DNA of 62,830 bases, filler included, from an uncultured Synergistales bacterium (lineage in GTDB: Bacteria > Synergistota > Synergistia > Synergistales > Aminobacteriaceae), in the NCBI GenBank assembly GCA_937897575.1. It is 7 parts of 7 records of this genome, joined end to end, with 100 filler letters (N's around TTAATTAATTAA, not from the genome) between each part and the next. Parts side by side here need not be neighbours in the genome. Positions count along the whole stretch, not along the records: positions 45,209 to 56,521 come from CALCQG010000045.1; positions 56,622 to 62,830 come from CALCQG010000046.1; 5 more parts are not named here. One strand, given 5' to 3'. Positions 49,797 through 60,396 of this stretch are shown here, piece after piece; position 1 is the stretch's first letter; every line of letters starts with the position of its first letter. The position numbers were made by a program, and so were the translations under genes. A model generated the notes under the pieces. It ran no database searches, was not told the DNA's origin, and saw nothing but the letters and a program-made list of their open reading frames with translations.

Positions 49797-51644
49797 ATGA
49801 TGACGATGACCATGGCGGTGGTGGACCTCACCTCGGGGACGACGGCGAAACGGGTCATCCCCGACGAGGTGGTGCGGAAGTATCTCGGCGGGTCGGGCCT
49901 CGGAACCTGGCTGCTCTTCGAGTACGGCTCGCCGAAAGCGGGCGCCCTCTCGCCGGAGAACCCCCTGATCCTCACGAACGGCCCCTTCCAGGGGACGGGC
50001 ATTCCCACGTCGGGGCGGCACCAGGTGGTCAGCAAGTCGCCTCTGACGGACCTCTTCGGAGAGTCGGACTGCGGGGGGAACTTCGGATTTCATATGAGAC
50101 GGGCCGGTTTCGACGGCCTCGTCGTGCTGGGCAGGGCGTCGGCCCCCGTCTTCATCGCCCTGAGGGGCGGAACGATCGAGATCTGTGACGCCGCCGCCCT
50201 CTGGGGCAGGGACACCTACGAGACGGAGGAGTTTCTTGCGGGACAGGCGGGCGGCTCCGCTGGCGTCGCGTGCATCGGGCCGGCGGGGGAGAACCTGGTG
50301 TTGCTCGCGAACATCATGCACGACGGGCGCAACGCCCGGGCCGCCGGGCGCGGCGGTCTGGGCGCCGTCATGGGGTCGAAGAACCTGAAGGCCGTCGTGG
50401 CGTCGGGGGACGAGAAGGTCCCCATGGCGGACGGCCCCTCCGTCCGCCGGAAGTCTGCCGAGAAGGCGAAGTACTACGCGGAACGGCACGCCGCCATGGG
50501 GCGATTCGGGACCGCCGGCGGCGTGGCCTTTGCGGAGCAGAACGGAGACCTCCCCCTGAAGAACTGGAGCCTCGGCTCCTGGCCCGAAAAGGTGCGGTCC
50601 ATCACGGGCGAGGCCATGGCCGAGACGATTCTCACCGGAAACTGGGGGTGCATGGCCTGCCCGATCCGGTGCGGTCGGGACGTGGCCTTCAACGGGCACC
50701 GAGGGGCCGGCCCCGAGTACGAGACCATCGGCATGTTGGGGAGCAACTGTCTCGTGGACGACCTGAAGGCCATAGCCAGGGCGAACGACTACTGCAACAG
50801 GATGGGCGTGGACACCATATCCTGCGGCTCCGCGGTGGCCTTCGCCATGGAGCTCTTCGAGCGGGGCATCGTCGCCGAGGAGCGAATCGGCTACCCTCTG
50901 CGCTGGGGTGACGGCGAGGCCATGCTTAGTCTTCTCGGCGACATCGTGGAGAAGAGAGGCCTCGGGGAGCTCTTGGCCCAGGGGACGAAACGGGCGGCCG
51001 AACGGATCGGAGGCGGGGCGGAGCGCTACGCCATCCACGCCAAGGGCATGGATTTTCCGGCCCACGACCCCCGGTGCTACAAGAGCCTCGCGACGGGCTA
51101 CGCCACGTCGAACCGGGGCGCCTGCCACCTCTCGGGCTTCACCTACGCCTTCGAACGCGGTTCCACCTACCCGGATTTCGGCATCACGGCGGTGCTGGAC
51201 CGATTCGAGGACGAGGGCAAGGGGCGGTTGAACGTGGTCATGCAGGATATGATGGGGGTGCTGGACTCCCTGAAGATATGCAAATTCCCCTTCTCCTCCA
51301 CGGGGATCGACGACCTCCTGACGTGGCTCAACGGCATCACGGGTTGGGGGATGGACAGGGACGAACTCCTGGCGGCGGGGGAGCGGATCTTCAACCTGAA
51401 GCGGGTTTTCAACGTGGCCTGCGGCGTCACGGCCGCCGACGACAGCCTGCCGGAGCGGATCCTGAAGGAGCCGCGCGGGAGCGGCGGATCGGCCACGGCC
51501 CTCCCCGATCTTGCGGGGCAGCTTCGGGAATACTACCCGGCCAGAGGGTGGTCCGACGCCGGTGTGCCGACGCCGGAGAAGCTCATGGCCCTCGGGCTCG
51601 GAGAGTACGTCTCCTGGACGAGAGGGGATGAGCCGACGCGGTGA
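49797..51644 (+). CDS. Aldehyde:ferredoxin oxidoreductase (W-dependent AOR family)
   Basis: YLGGSGL, KSPLT, IGPAGEN, AAGRGGLGAVMGSKNLKA, C..CPI.C, EYET, D..NRGACH. Confidence 0.92.
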   Translation: MMTMTMAVVDLTSGTTAKRVIPDEVVRKYLGGSGLGTWLLFEYGSPKAGALSPENPLILTNGPFQGTGIPTSGRHQVVSKSPLTDLFGESDCGGNFGFHMRRAGFDGLVVLGRASAPVFIALRGGTIEICDAAALWGRDTYETEEFLAGQAGGSAGVACIGPAGENLVLLANIMHDGRNARAAGRGGLGAVMGSKNLKAVVASGDEKVPMADGPSVRRKSAEKAKYYAERHAAMGRFGTAGGVAFAEQNGDLPLKNWSLGSWPEKVRSITGEAMAETILTGNWGCMACPIRCGRDVAFNGHRGAGPEYETIGMLGSNCLVDDLKAIARANDYCNRMGVDTISCGSAVAFAMELFERGIVAEERIGYPLRWGDGEAMLSLLGDIVEKRGLGELLAQGTKRAAERIGGGAERYAIHAKGMDFPAHDPRCYKSLATGYATSNRGACHLSGFTYAFERGSTYPDFGITAVLDRFEDEGKGRLNVVMQDMMGVLDSLKICKFPFSSTGIDDLLTWLNGITGWGMDRDELLAAGERIFNLKRVFNVACGVTAADDSLPERILKEPRGSGGSATALPDLAGQLREYYPARGWSDAGVPTPEKLMALGLGEYVSWTRGDEPTR

Positions 51645-52849
51645 AGGAACAGACCATCTCACCAAAGGACTCAGGACGGGGAGCGGCCGTCGCGGAGAAA
51701 AAGGACCGGGCGGTCGTCGCCAGGGTGTTCATCGGCCTTGTGCTGCTTGTCCTCCTCACATGGACGGCGTGGAAGGGCGCGGATATGTACGTGCGCGCCC
51801 GATGGGACGCCGAGGACTCGGCCGTCGTATCCATCCGGGAGATTCTGGACCGGCGGCGGGAGGTCCTCTCGGGGTCCGACGGCGAGTGGGAGGTTGAGCG
51901 CGTCCTGCTCCGCCTCTCCTACAGAAGCGGCCCGAAGGTCGGGACGGAGGAGGACCTGACGATCATCCAGCTCGCGGACAGCAGGCTGGCGCTGATCCCG
52001 GGGGCGGAGTACTTTCTCCTGTCGGACACCTTCGACGACGGTGCCGTCCAGTACTCCATCAGCGATCGGTACAGGATTCCGGCCGTGGCGGGGGTCATCG
52101 CCCTCGCCTGCGGCGTGCTCGTGGCCGTGACAGGCCTGTCGGGCGCGAAGGCCCTTCTGGGCCTCTTCCTCTCGCTCTTCTTCCTGCTCTGGTGGTTCGT
52201 GCCCGGGATCGCCCGCGGCGCACCGCCCGTCCCCTCCGCCATCGCCGCGGTGGCAGGCGTCTCTTTGGCGACGGTGGTCTTCGTGGTGCGCGACCGTTCC
52301 CTCTGGCCCATCGCCTTCCTCGGCGCCGTGGGAGGGGCGGTGGCCGCCTCCCTGACGGGCTGGGCCATGGTGGCGCTCTGGCAGCTCACGGGCCTCGAGA
52401 GCGACAGCGCCGTGCTTCTTGCCGCCACGTCGCCGGACATCTCCCTCAGGGGGATTCTCCTCGCCTCGGTGATGGTGGGGTCCATCGGCGCCGTCCTCGA
52501 CGTGGCCGTCTCCGTGACGGCCACCATGTCGGAGCTCTACCGGTATGACCCGTCCATCCCGATCCGGCGCCTCTGGCGAAGCGGCATGAACGTGGGGAGC
52601 GAGGTGCTCGGCAGCATGATCAACACGCTCATCCTCGCCTACCTCGGCAGCTCCCTGCCCTTTGCCGTGCTCGTGGCCACGGAGGGCGTCGACGTGATCG
52701 CCCTGATGAACGACCCCCACATCGCCCAGGAGATCCTCCGGAGCGTCGCCGGAACGGTCGGTCTGCTGCTGACCATTCCCATAACGGCTACGGTGGGCGC
52801 GTGGTGGGTCCGTCTGCTCTTCAGGGGCAGAGAGCAGGGGGCGGGCTGA
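51641..52849 (+). CDS. YibE/F family membrane protein
   Basis: IGAVLDVAVS, SGMNVG..VLGSMINTLILAYLG, TIPIT. Confidence 0.88.
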   Translation: MKEQTISPKDSGRGAAVAEKKDRAVVARVFIGLVLLVLLTWTAWKGADMYVRARWDAEDSAVVSIREILDRRREVLSGSDGEWEVERVLLRLSYRSGPKVGTEEDLTIIQLADSRLALIPGAEYFLLSDTFDDGAVQYSISDRYRIPAVAGVIALACGVLVAVTGLSGAKALLGLFLSLFFLLWWFVPGIARGAPPVPSAIAAVAGVSLATVVFVVRDRSLWPIAFLGAVGGAVAASLTGWAMVALWQLTGLESDSAVLLAATSPDISLRGILLASVMVGSIGAVLDVAVSVTATMSELYRYDPSIPIRRLWRSGMNVGSEVLGSMINTLILAYLGSSLPFAVLVATEGVDVIALMNDPHIAQEILRSVAGTVGLLLTIPITATVGAWWVRLLFRGREQGAG

Positions 52850-52932
52850 TCCCGGAATGGCTCTTTGTGGTAGGATAGAAACGCGACTGTTTTGTGCCGC
52901 TCTATCATAACTTTATCGTCGGAGGTGTTCGA

Positions 52933-53937
52933 ATGAAACGGATCGCGATCAACGGTATGGGGAGAATCGGGCGTCTCGTCCTCAGAAACTACATTGAGAG
53001 AAAGCCGAAAGGACTCGAGCTGGTGGCCGTCAACGCCCGTCCGGAGCCGAAGGACCTGGCGTACATCACGAAGTACGACTCGGTGCAGGGGCGGGCCCCC
53101 TTCACCGTGGAGTACGGCGAGAAGCAACTCATCCTCGACGGAGTCAAGGTGCCCCTCGTGTACGACCGGGACCCCTCGAAGCTGCCGTGGAAGGACCTAG
53201 GGGTGGACATCGTGCTGGAGTGCACCGGTGCCTTCAAGAAGAAGGCGGACAACATGGCCCACGTGGCGGCGGGCGCGAAGATGGTCATCGTGAGCGCTCC
53301 CGTGGAGGACGCCGACATCACCGCCGTCATGGGCGTGAACGAGGACGCCTACGACCCGGCGAAGCACACGGTGGTCTCGAACGCCTCCTGCACGACCAAC
53401 TCCCTCGCCCCGGTGACGAAGGTCCTGAACGACGAGTTCGGCATCGAGTACCTCATGGGGACGACGATCCACGCCGTCACGGGGTCGCAGTTCCTCGTGG
53501 ACTCCACCCAGGGCAAGGGGCGGAAGGGCCGCTCGGCCATGGACTCCATCATCCCCACGTCCACGGGAGCCGCGAAGGCGATGGTCCCGCTCTTCCCCGA
53601 GCTGAAGGGGCGCATGGACATGGGGGCCGTTCGGGTGCCCGTGGCCGACGGCTCTCTGACGGACATCGTGGTGCACCTGAAGAAGGACGTGACGGTGGAG
53701 TCCGTCAACGGCGTGCTGAAGGCCGCCGCTGAGGGGCGCCTCAAGGGGATCCTCGAGTACTGCACCGACGAGATCATCTCCGTGGACATCATCGGCAACC
53801 CCCATTCGGGCATCGTCGACGCCCCGTCGACGAAGGTCCTCCAGGGGCGCGTGGCCAAGGTCATGGTCTGGTACGACAACGAGTACGGCTATGCGAACCG
53901 GATGATCGACCTGGCGCTGCACGTGGCTGGCCGGTAA
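52933..53937 (+). CDS. gap: Type I glyceraldehyde-3-phosphate dehydrogenase
   Basis: INGMGRIGR, SNASCTTN, PTSTGAAKA, RVP, WYDNEYGY. Confidence 0.93.
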   Translation: MKRIAINGMGRIGRLVLRNYIERKPKGLELVAVNARPEPKDLAYITKYDSVQGRAPFTVEYGEKQLILDGVKVPLVYDRDPSKLPWKDLGVDIVLECTGAFKKKADNMAHVAAGAKMVIVSAPVEDADITAVMGVNEDAYDPAKHTVVSNASCTTNSLAPVTKVLNDEFGIEYLMGTTIHAVTGSQFLVDSTQGKGRKGRSAMDSIIPTSTGAAKAMVPLFPELKGRMDMGAVRVPVADGSLTDIVVHLKKDVTVESVNGVLKAAAEGRLKGILEYCTDEIISVDIIGNPHSGIVDAPSTKVLQGRVAKVMVWYDNEYGYANRMIDLALHVAGR

Positions 53938-53945
53938 AAAACGCG

Positions 53946-53991
53946 CAAAAGGGTCGGGGCCGAAGCGTTCGCTTCGGCCCCGACCCTTTTG
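53946..53991. terminator. Bidirectional terminator
   Basis: CAAAAGGGTCGGGGCCGAAGCG-TT-CGCTTCGGCCCCGACCCTTTTG. Confidence 0.88.
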
Positions 53992-54007
53992 TGTCGCGCG
54001 GCGCTCC

Positions 54008-55255
54008 TCATCCGAGGGCGGCCTTCGCCGCGCTCTCCCCCGCGAGATAGCCCGTGCTCCAGCACATCTGAAGGTTGAAGCCGCCCGTGGGGCCGTCGAG
54101 GTCGAGGACCTCGCCGGCGAAGTAGAGGTTCTCCACGAACCTGGACCGCATGGTCCTCGGGTCCACCTCCCTCAGGTCCACGCCGCCGGCGGTGACCATG
54201 GCCCACCGAAAGCCGAGCAGGCCGTCGGGGGTGAGGGACAGGGCCTTCACGGCATCCACGAGCCGCCGGATGTCGTCGCCCCCCAGAGTGTCCACGCCTC
54301 TCTCCCGCGGGATGGCCGCCCTTTCCAGGACGACGGGGATCAGCCCCATGGGAAGGAGGTCCTTGAGCCCATCCCCTACGGGGTGGGCCGCATATTTCAT
54401 GAAATCCCGGCCGATGCGCGCCGTCAGGGTCTCGTGCGAAAGGGCGGGCTTCAGGTCGATGGTGAGGAGGGCCTGCCCTCCCTCGGCCGCCTGGGCGATC
54501 TCCCGGCTCATGTCCATGGCGATGGCGCCGCTGATGCCGAAGTTCGTCAGGAGCATCTCGCCGAAACGCTCCGTCTTTTTCTTCCCACCCTCCCAAAGGG
54601 TGAGGGTCACGTTCCGAAGGGTGGTCCCCTGGGCGGAGAGGGGCCACTGTTCGCGGGTCCTGACGGGACAGAGCGCCGGTTCGGGCGGGATCACCCGATG
54701 GCCGGCCCGTTCGGCGAACCGGTAGCCGTCCCCCGTGGAGCCGGTTTTCGGAAAGGACTTGCCGCCCGTGGCGACGATGAAGGCCGCGCCCTCGGCCTCC
54801 TGGCCGCGGAGGATGAACCGCTCGGCACGCCCCTCCCGGATGATGAGGTTCAGCGCCTCCCTGTTGCGGTAGATGGTGACGTTCCCCTGCCGCAGGTAGC
54901 CTATGAGGCAGTTCAGCACCCGCGCCGCGCCGCCTCTGGCGGGAAAGACCCTCTTGCCGCGCTCGACGGACGTCTGGACGCCCCGGTCCTCAAAGAAGCG
55001 CACGGTCTCCCTGGGGCCGAACCGGGTGAAGGCCGGGTAGAGGAACTTGCCCTTCGGGCCGTAGCGGGCGATGAAGGTCTGCATGTCCTCCTCGGCGCTC
55101 GTGAGATTGCATCGGCCCTTGCCGCTGAGCAGCAGCTTCGATCCGAGCGTGCCGCCCTTCTCCACGAGGACGACCCGGGCGCCGGCCTCGGCGGCCCGCC
55201 CGGCGGCCATGAGGCCCGCCGCCCCGCCGCCCAGGACCACCACGGTCCGGTCCAT
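54008..55255 (-). CDS. HI0933/BaiN-family flavoprotein
   Basis: GGGAAG, SGKGRCNLT, ATGG.S.P.TGSTGDG, GPTGGFNLQ. Confidence 0.92.
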   Translation of the reverse strand: MDRTVVVLGGGAAGLMAAGRAAEAGARVVLVEKGGTLGSKLLLSGKGRCNLTSAEEDMQTFIARYGPKGKFLYPAFTRFGPRETVRFFEDRGVQTSVERGKRVFPARGGAARVLNCLIGYLRQGNVTIYRNREALNLIIREGRAERFILRGQEAEGAAFIVATGGKSFPKTGSTGDGYRFAERAGHRVIPPEPALCPVRTREQWPLSAQGTTLRNVTLTLWEGGKKKTERFGEMLLTNFGISGAIAMDMSREIAQAAEGGQALLTIDLKPALSHETLTARIGRDFMKYAAHPVGDGLKDLLPMGLIPVVLERAAIPRERGVDTLGGDDIRRLVDAVKALSLTPDGLLGFRWAMVTAGGVDLREVDPRTMRSRFVENLYFAGEVLDLDGPTGGFNLQMCWSTGYLAGESAAKAALG

Positions 55256-55305
55256 CACGGGCGTCTCTCTCCCCCTTCGCGGGCCATGGCGAAGGCGATT
55301 CTGTT

Positions 55306-56521
55306 TCACCCGAGGTCCACGTCGAGGACGGAGACCTCCACCCGCTGTCCGGGGGCGAGGCCGCCTCGGGGCAGCCGACTCCTGTGGACGAGGCCGTCCT
55401 GATGGACGCCCACGTCCACGAAGGCCCCGAAGGACGTGACGTTCGTCACCACGCCGGGGAGAACCATCCCGGCCACGAGGTCGCCGATGGCCTCCACGCC
55501 CTCGGCGAAGGCCACGTTCTCGAAGTTCGCCCGGGGGTCCCTTCCGGGCTTCTCGAGCTCGCCCATGATGTCCGTCAGGGTGGGCAGCCCCACGTCGCTG
55601 GAGACGTACCGGCGGACGTCGATGGCGCCCCGCGCATCACCGTCGGACAGAAGGGCCTCCACGGAGCAGCCGAGGTCCGAGGCCATCCGGTGCACCAGGG
55701 CGTATCGCTCGGGGTGCACGGCGCTCTCGTCAAGAGGGTTCTCGCCCCCCCGGACCCTGAGGAACCCGGCGGCCTGTTCGAAGGTCTTGGGACCGAGACG
55801 GGGCACGTCGAGAAGGGCCTTTCTCGTGGGGAAGGGGCCGTTGGCCTCTCGGTGGGCGACGATCCGCGAGGCCGCGGAGGGGCCGATGCCGGAGACGAAG
55901 GAGAGCAGCTCCGGGCTCGCGGTGTTCGCGTCCACCCCCACGGCGTTGACGCAGGACTCCACCACGTCGTCCAGGGCTCTCTTGAGGTCCTTCTGGTCCA
56001 CGTCGTGCTGGTACTGCCCCACGCCGATGGACTTGGGGTCGATCTTCACGAGTTCGGCAAGGGGATCAAGGAGCCGCCGTCCGATGGAGACCGCCCCCCG
56101 CACGGTGACATCGTGATTCGGAAACTCCCGCCGGGCTGTCTCCGAGGCTGAGTAGACCGATGCGCCGCTCTCGTTGACGCGCAGGACGGGGATGGACGAA
56201 GGGAAACCGAGGCGGGCCACGAAGCGCTCCGTCTCCCGTCCGGCCGTCCCGTTGCCGACGGCGATGGCCTCGATGGAGTAGTCCTCCACGGCTTTTCGCA
56301 GGATCGCGGCGCTGCCCGCCTCGTCGGAGCGGGGCGGGTGGGGGAAGATCACGCCGTGATGCAGCAGGTCGCCCTGGCGGTTCAGGCAGACGAATTTGCA
56401 CCCCGTCCGGAAGCCCGGGTCCAGGGCGAGGATGTTTCTGGGGCCCAGGGGCGGCGCGAGGAGCACCTCCCGGACGTTCCGGCCGAAGACGGCGATGGCC
56501 TCCCGGTCGGCCTTTTTCTTC
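55306..56521 (-). CDS. tex: Tex-family transcriptional accessory protein, 5' truncated
   Basis: LDPGFRTGCK, GNGTAGRET, DPKSIGVGQYQHD, S1 GAFVDVG. Confidence 0.92.
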
Positions 56522-56621
56522 NNNNNNNNNNNNNNNNNNNNNNNNNNNNNNNNNNNNNNNNNNNNTTAATTAATTAANNNNNNNNNNNNNNNNNNNNNNN
56601 NNNNNNNNNNNNNNNNNNNNN
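56522..56621. other. Assembly gap / contig linker
   Basis: N-run with TTAATTAATTAA. Confidence 0.98.
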
Positions 56622-57552
56622 TCATATCGCCCCCGGCCCCCTTCCGGAGCGTGGCCGGCGTCCTGAGGATGACGGCCTTCGGCCTGTCGCGCCGCGCGAG
56701 AAGCTCGCCGAAGGCCGCCGGGATGGCGTCATCGTCGTCCGGGGAGAGGGTGTATTCGACGGTCTCCGTCCTTCCGTTCAGATAGGCGACCTGGGAACGG
56801 GTCCACTCCGACAAGGTGCCCACCACGACGAGGACAAGCCCGCCGGAGTCGGCCCCGGACCCGAGCCGGGAGAAAAAGGCGGCGGTCATGGGCCCCGGGT
56901 CCACGGGGACGATCTCCCCGTCCACCATGCACGCGCCCGCCGCCACGGACTCGATGTCCTGGTCGGTCATGGCGTCGGCGACGACGATGCGGTGCCCCGT
57001 CCCCATGAACCGCTCCAGCTCCGCGGCGATGGCCTCCGGTCCGCCTCGGACGCGCTCCATGGGAAGAAGCGCCACGGCGCGGTCGCCTCCGAAGAAGGCG
57101 GGGACGAAGCTCTCCCCTATGGGCCAGCTGGGGTCCTTCGACACCTCCGTCCGTTCGATCAGTACGCCGTCGAGAAGCTGATACCCGCCCACGGTGGTCC
57201 GCCCCGATGCGGGGTAGGCGGGGACGACGAGCGCCGTCGCCCGCGGTCTGGCGGCGAGGATCGCATCGGTCTCGGCGGCGAGGTGTCCCCGCAGCGTCGT
57301 ATCGATCCTCTTCCCGACTCTCGTCTCGCCGGGAAGAGAGCGCAGGACGCGCCGAACGATGGAGAGCGCCTCGTCACGGGGGCGTCTCCTGGTGTCGCAG
57401 TTCACCACCAACGCCTCCCCGTCGGACGGGAGAGGGAGCTCCCCTCCGTCGAGGCGGATGATCTGGCGGACCTGCAACCCCCTGTCCTTGAGGAGAATGG
57501 ACTGGACCGAGGAGCCTGTCAGGTCGTCGCATAGTACGACGCAGGATCCCAT
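56622..57552 (-). CDS. Four-carbon acid sugar kinase family (DUF1537), 3' truncated
   Basis: DDLTG, DTR, KRIDTTLRGH, PAYP..GRTT..G, VADA. Confidence 0.88.
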
Positions 57553-57555
57553 GGG

Positions 57556-58842
57556 TCACCGCACCAACTTCAGGATCCCGAGGGATATGGACGGGAAGTT
57601 GCTCACCAGCATGATCGCCACGATCTCGACGATGAGGAAGTGGATGATCTTCCTGGTGATCTGCTCGAGATGGACGTCGTAGTCCTTCACCAGCGAGACG
57701 GCGACGAAGAGGTTCACCGCCATGGGAGGGGTGATCATCCCGACGGAGGTGTTCACCACCATGATGATTCCGAGCAGAAGCGGGTCCATCCCTATTGAGG
57801 CGGCGATGGGCAGCAACAGCGGCGCCATGAGCAGGATGATGGCCTGAGTCTCGAGGAAGACGCCGAGGAAGAGCAGGATGACGTTGATCAGGGTCACGAT
57901 CACGAAGGGGCTGGACGAGACGGAGGATATCCAGGCCGCGATGCTCGCCGAGACTCTGCTGACGGTGATCAGCCACGACATGGACTGGGATGTGGCGATG
58001 ACGAAGAAGACCACCGACGTGCTGATGCCGGCCTTGATGATGACGGTCTTGATGGCCTCCATGTCGAGCTCGTGGTATATGAGGGTGCTGACGATGAGGC
58101 TGTAGACCACGGCCACGGCCCCCGCCTCCGTGGGGGTGAAAACGCCGCCGTAGATGCCGCCGAGGATGATGAGGGGCATGATGATGGCCAGTATGGCCTC
58201 CCGGACGGCGCTGAAGAACTCGCCCCAGGTCCGGGACGGCTCCTTCGGGATGTTCATCCCGGCGGAGCGGATGACCACGACGACGCTGAGCAGCACGGCG
58301 ATCAGCAGCCCGGGGCCGAACCCCGCGAGGAAGAGGTCCCCTATGGAGACGCCTGCCACGACACCGAAGGTGATCATCGGGATCGACGGGGGAATCACCA
58401 CGCCGAGCGTGCCGCCCGCCGCCGCGATCGCCGCGGCGAAGTCGGGCGGATACCCCTTCTTGATCATGGACGGGACCATGATCCCCCCGATGGCCGCCAC
58501 CGTCGCCGGGTTGGAGCCGCTGATGGCGCCGAAGAAGGCGCTCGCGAGGATCGTGATGAGCCCCAATCCCCCGCGGAAGCTTCCCACCATGGCGGAGGCG
58601 AGATTGACGAGCCGGCGCGAGATGCCGCCGTGTTCCATGAGCCCTCCGGCGAGCATGAAGAACGGGATGGCCATGAACGGGAACGAGTCGGCCGCCGTGA
58701 ACATGCGCTGCGCGACGACGGCCGGGTTCAGGGGGAGGCTGCTGAGGGATACCCCCGCGATGGACGCCAGTCCGATGCTGATGGCGACGGGAATATTGAG
58801 GGCGATGAGGATGATGAGGACGGTGAACATGATCGTCGCCAT
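57556..58842 (-). CDS. dctM: TRAP transporter large permease
   Basis: AIPFF, AISGS, IPPSIP, TPTEAG, ITPP. Confidence 0.93.
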   Translation of the reverse strand: MATIMFTVLIILIALNIPVAISIGLASIAGVSLSSLPLNPAVVAQRMFTAADSFPFMAIPFFMLAGGLMEHGGISRRLVNLASAMVGSFRGGLGLITILASAFFGAISGSNPATVAAIGGIMVPSMIKKGYPPDFAAAIAAAGGTLGVVIPPSIPMITFGVVAGVSIGDLFLAGFGPGLLIAVLLSVVVVIRSAGMNIPKEPSRTWGEFFSAVREAILAIIMPLIILGGIYGGVFTPTEAGAVAVVYSLIVSTLIYHELDMEAIKTVIIKAGISTSVVFFVIATSQSMSWLITVSRVSASIAAWISSVSSSPFVIVTLINVILLFLGVFLETQAIILLMAPLLLPIAASIGMDPLLLGIIMVVNTSVGMITPPMAVNLFVAVSLVKDYDVHLEQITRKIIHFLIVEIVAIMLVSNFPSISLGILKLVR

Positions 58843-58843
58843 A

Positions 58844-59326
58844 TCACGCCGCCTCCGTGGACCGGATGTCCCGGACCGCCGCCCTGAAGGCCTGAACGGC
58901 GCGGACCGCTACGAGAAACATGCCCAGAGGGACCGCCGAGTAGGGTACCCACATGGGGATGAAGAGGGCGGGCGTGGTCTGCCCCATGAAGATCTGATGG
59001 GAGATGATGCCCCTGTAGTAGTACAGGACGGCGCAGCAGAAAAAAAGTATGATGCCGATTCTGAGGCCCTCAAGGGCGATCCTCAGCCGGGGGTTCACTA
59101 TTTTGTCCGTAAAGAAGCTCACCCCTACGTGGGCTCCCCGTTTCATGGCGGCGCCCGTTCCGATGTAGGCCATGAACACCATGATGTACCGCGCCACCTC
59201 TTCGCCCCAGAACATGGGGAAAAGCTTGAAGTACCTGGCGAGCATGGCCAGGAAGACCACGACGACCATGATGGGAAAGAGAAGGAGCAGCGCGTACTCC
59301 TCGAAGTTATCGAAGATCTTTTTCAT
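58844..59326 (-). CDS. dctQ: TRAP transporter small permease
   Basis: WGEEVARY, GAHV, 4 TM helices. Confidence 0.9.
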   Translation of the reverse strand: MKKIFDNFEEYALLLLFPIMVVVVFLAMLARYFKLFPMFWGEEVARYIMVFMAYIGTGAAMKRGAHVGVSFFTDKIVNPRLRIALEGLRIGIILFFCCAVLYYYRGIISHQIFMGQTTPALFIPMWVPYSAVPLGMFLVAVRAVQAFRAAVRDIRSTEAA

Positions 59327-59415
59327 GAAGACCCTCCCCGCGTCTTTGCACGTCCTCCCGTGAAGGGAGAAAGGGCCGGGATTCCCTTAAGGATATCCCG
59401 GCCGCAGCAGCGAAC

Positions 59416-60396
59416 CTACTTCTGGGCGTCGACGAGGCTCTGAATCCTCTCCTTGCCCACTTTGGCCTCGAACTCCGCGTAGACCGGCTGGAGCACTTCG
59501 AAGAACTTCGCCTTGTCCGGTTCAGCGACCTCCATGCCGGCGGCCTTCAGAGAGTCGACGAGGGTCTTCTCGCTCTCGATGCAGAAGTTCCGCTCCCATT
59601 CGCGGCTCTTCAGCTCGGCCTCGGTGAATATTTTCCGCTGGTCCTCCGTCATCTTCTTTTCCCAGACGTCCTTGTTGATCAGCAGGATGGCCGGAGCGTA
59701 GAAGTGTCCCGTGAGCGAGAGGTACTTCTGGACTTCGGAGAACTTGGAGGTGGAGATGATGATCAGGGGGTTCTCCTGGCCGTCCACGGTCTTCTGCTGA
59801 AGGGCCGTGAAGAGCTCGCCGAAGGGCATCGGCACGGGGTAGGCGCCGAGAGTCTTGAACGTGGCCACGTGGATGGGGTTCTCCATCAGCCGTATCTTGA
59901 GACCGTTCAGGTCCTCGGGCACGATGATGGGTTTCTTGGAGTTCGTCAGCATCCGGAAGCCGTTCTCCCATATTCCGAGCCCGACCATCCCCTTGGTCAG
60001 CACGGAATCGAGGATCTTTCGCCCCTCGGGGCCGTCCATCCAGGCGTAGGCCTTCTGGCGGTCCTGGATTATGAAGGGCAGATCGAACACGAGAAAGTCG
60101 CTGGTGAAGTTCGCAAGAGGAGCCGAGGAGACGAGGGTCATCTCGAGAGTCCCCATGGAGACGCCCTCGATGGCGTCGCGCTCGGAGCCGAGCTGAGAGG
60201 AGTGGAATATCTGGAGCTCCATCTGGCCGCCCGACGCCTCGTTCAAAAGCTGGCCGAGATGCTCCAGCCCCTTGTTGTAGTGTGATTCGGGAGCGAGGGT
60301 ATGGGCTACCCGAAGCACGAGCTTGTCTGCAGCGAACGCGGTTGCCGCCGTGAACGCAAAGAGGCAGACCAGGATGAGAAACAGCGTTTTCTTCAT
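59416..60396 (-). CDS. dctP: TRAP solute-binding protein
   Basis: Signal peptide; QLGSE, ENGFR, GLKIR, DGQENP, EVQKY. Confidence 0.93.
   Translation of the reverse strand: MKKTLFLILVCLFAFTAATAFAADKLVLRVAHTLAPESHYNKGLEHLGQLLNEASGGQMELQIFHSSQLGSERDAIEGVSMGTLEMTLVSSAPLANFTSDFLVFDLPFIIQDRQKAYAWMDGPEGRKILDSVLTKGMVGLGIWENGFRMLTNSKKPIIVPEDLNGLKIRLMENPIHVATFKTLGAYPVPMPFGELFTALQQKTVDGQENPLIIISTSKFSEVQKYLSLTGHFYAPAILLINKDVWEKKMTEDQRKIFTEAELKSREWERNFCIESEKTLVDSLKAAGMEVAEPDKAKFFEVLQPVYAEFEAKVGKERIQSLVDAQK

Noticed and set aside
4510..56621. Six identical TTAATTAATTAA motifs within N-runs
   Set aside because: Artificial contig linkers, not biological repeats; gene order across them is not evidence.
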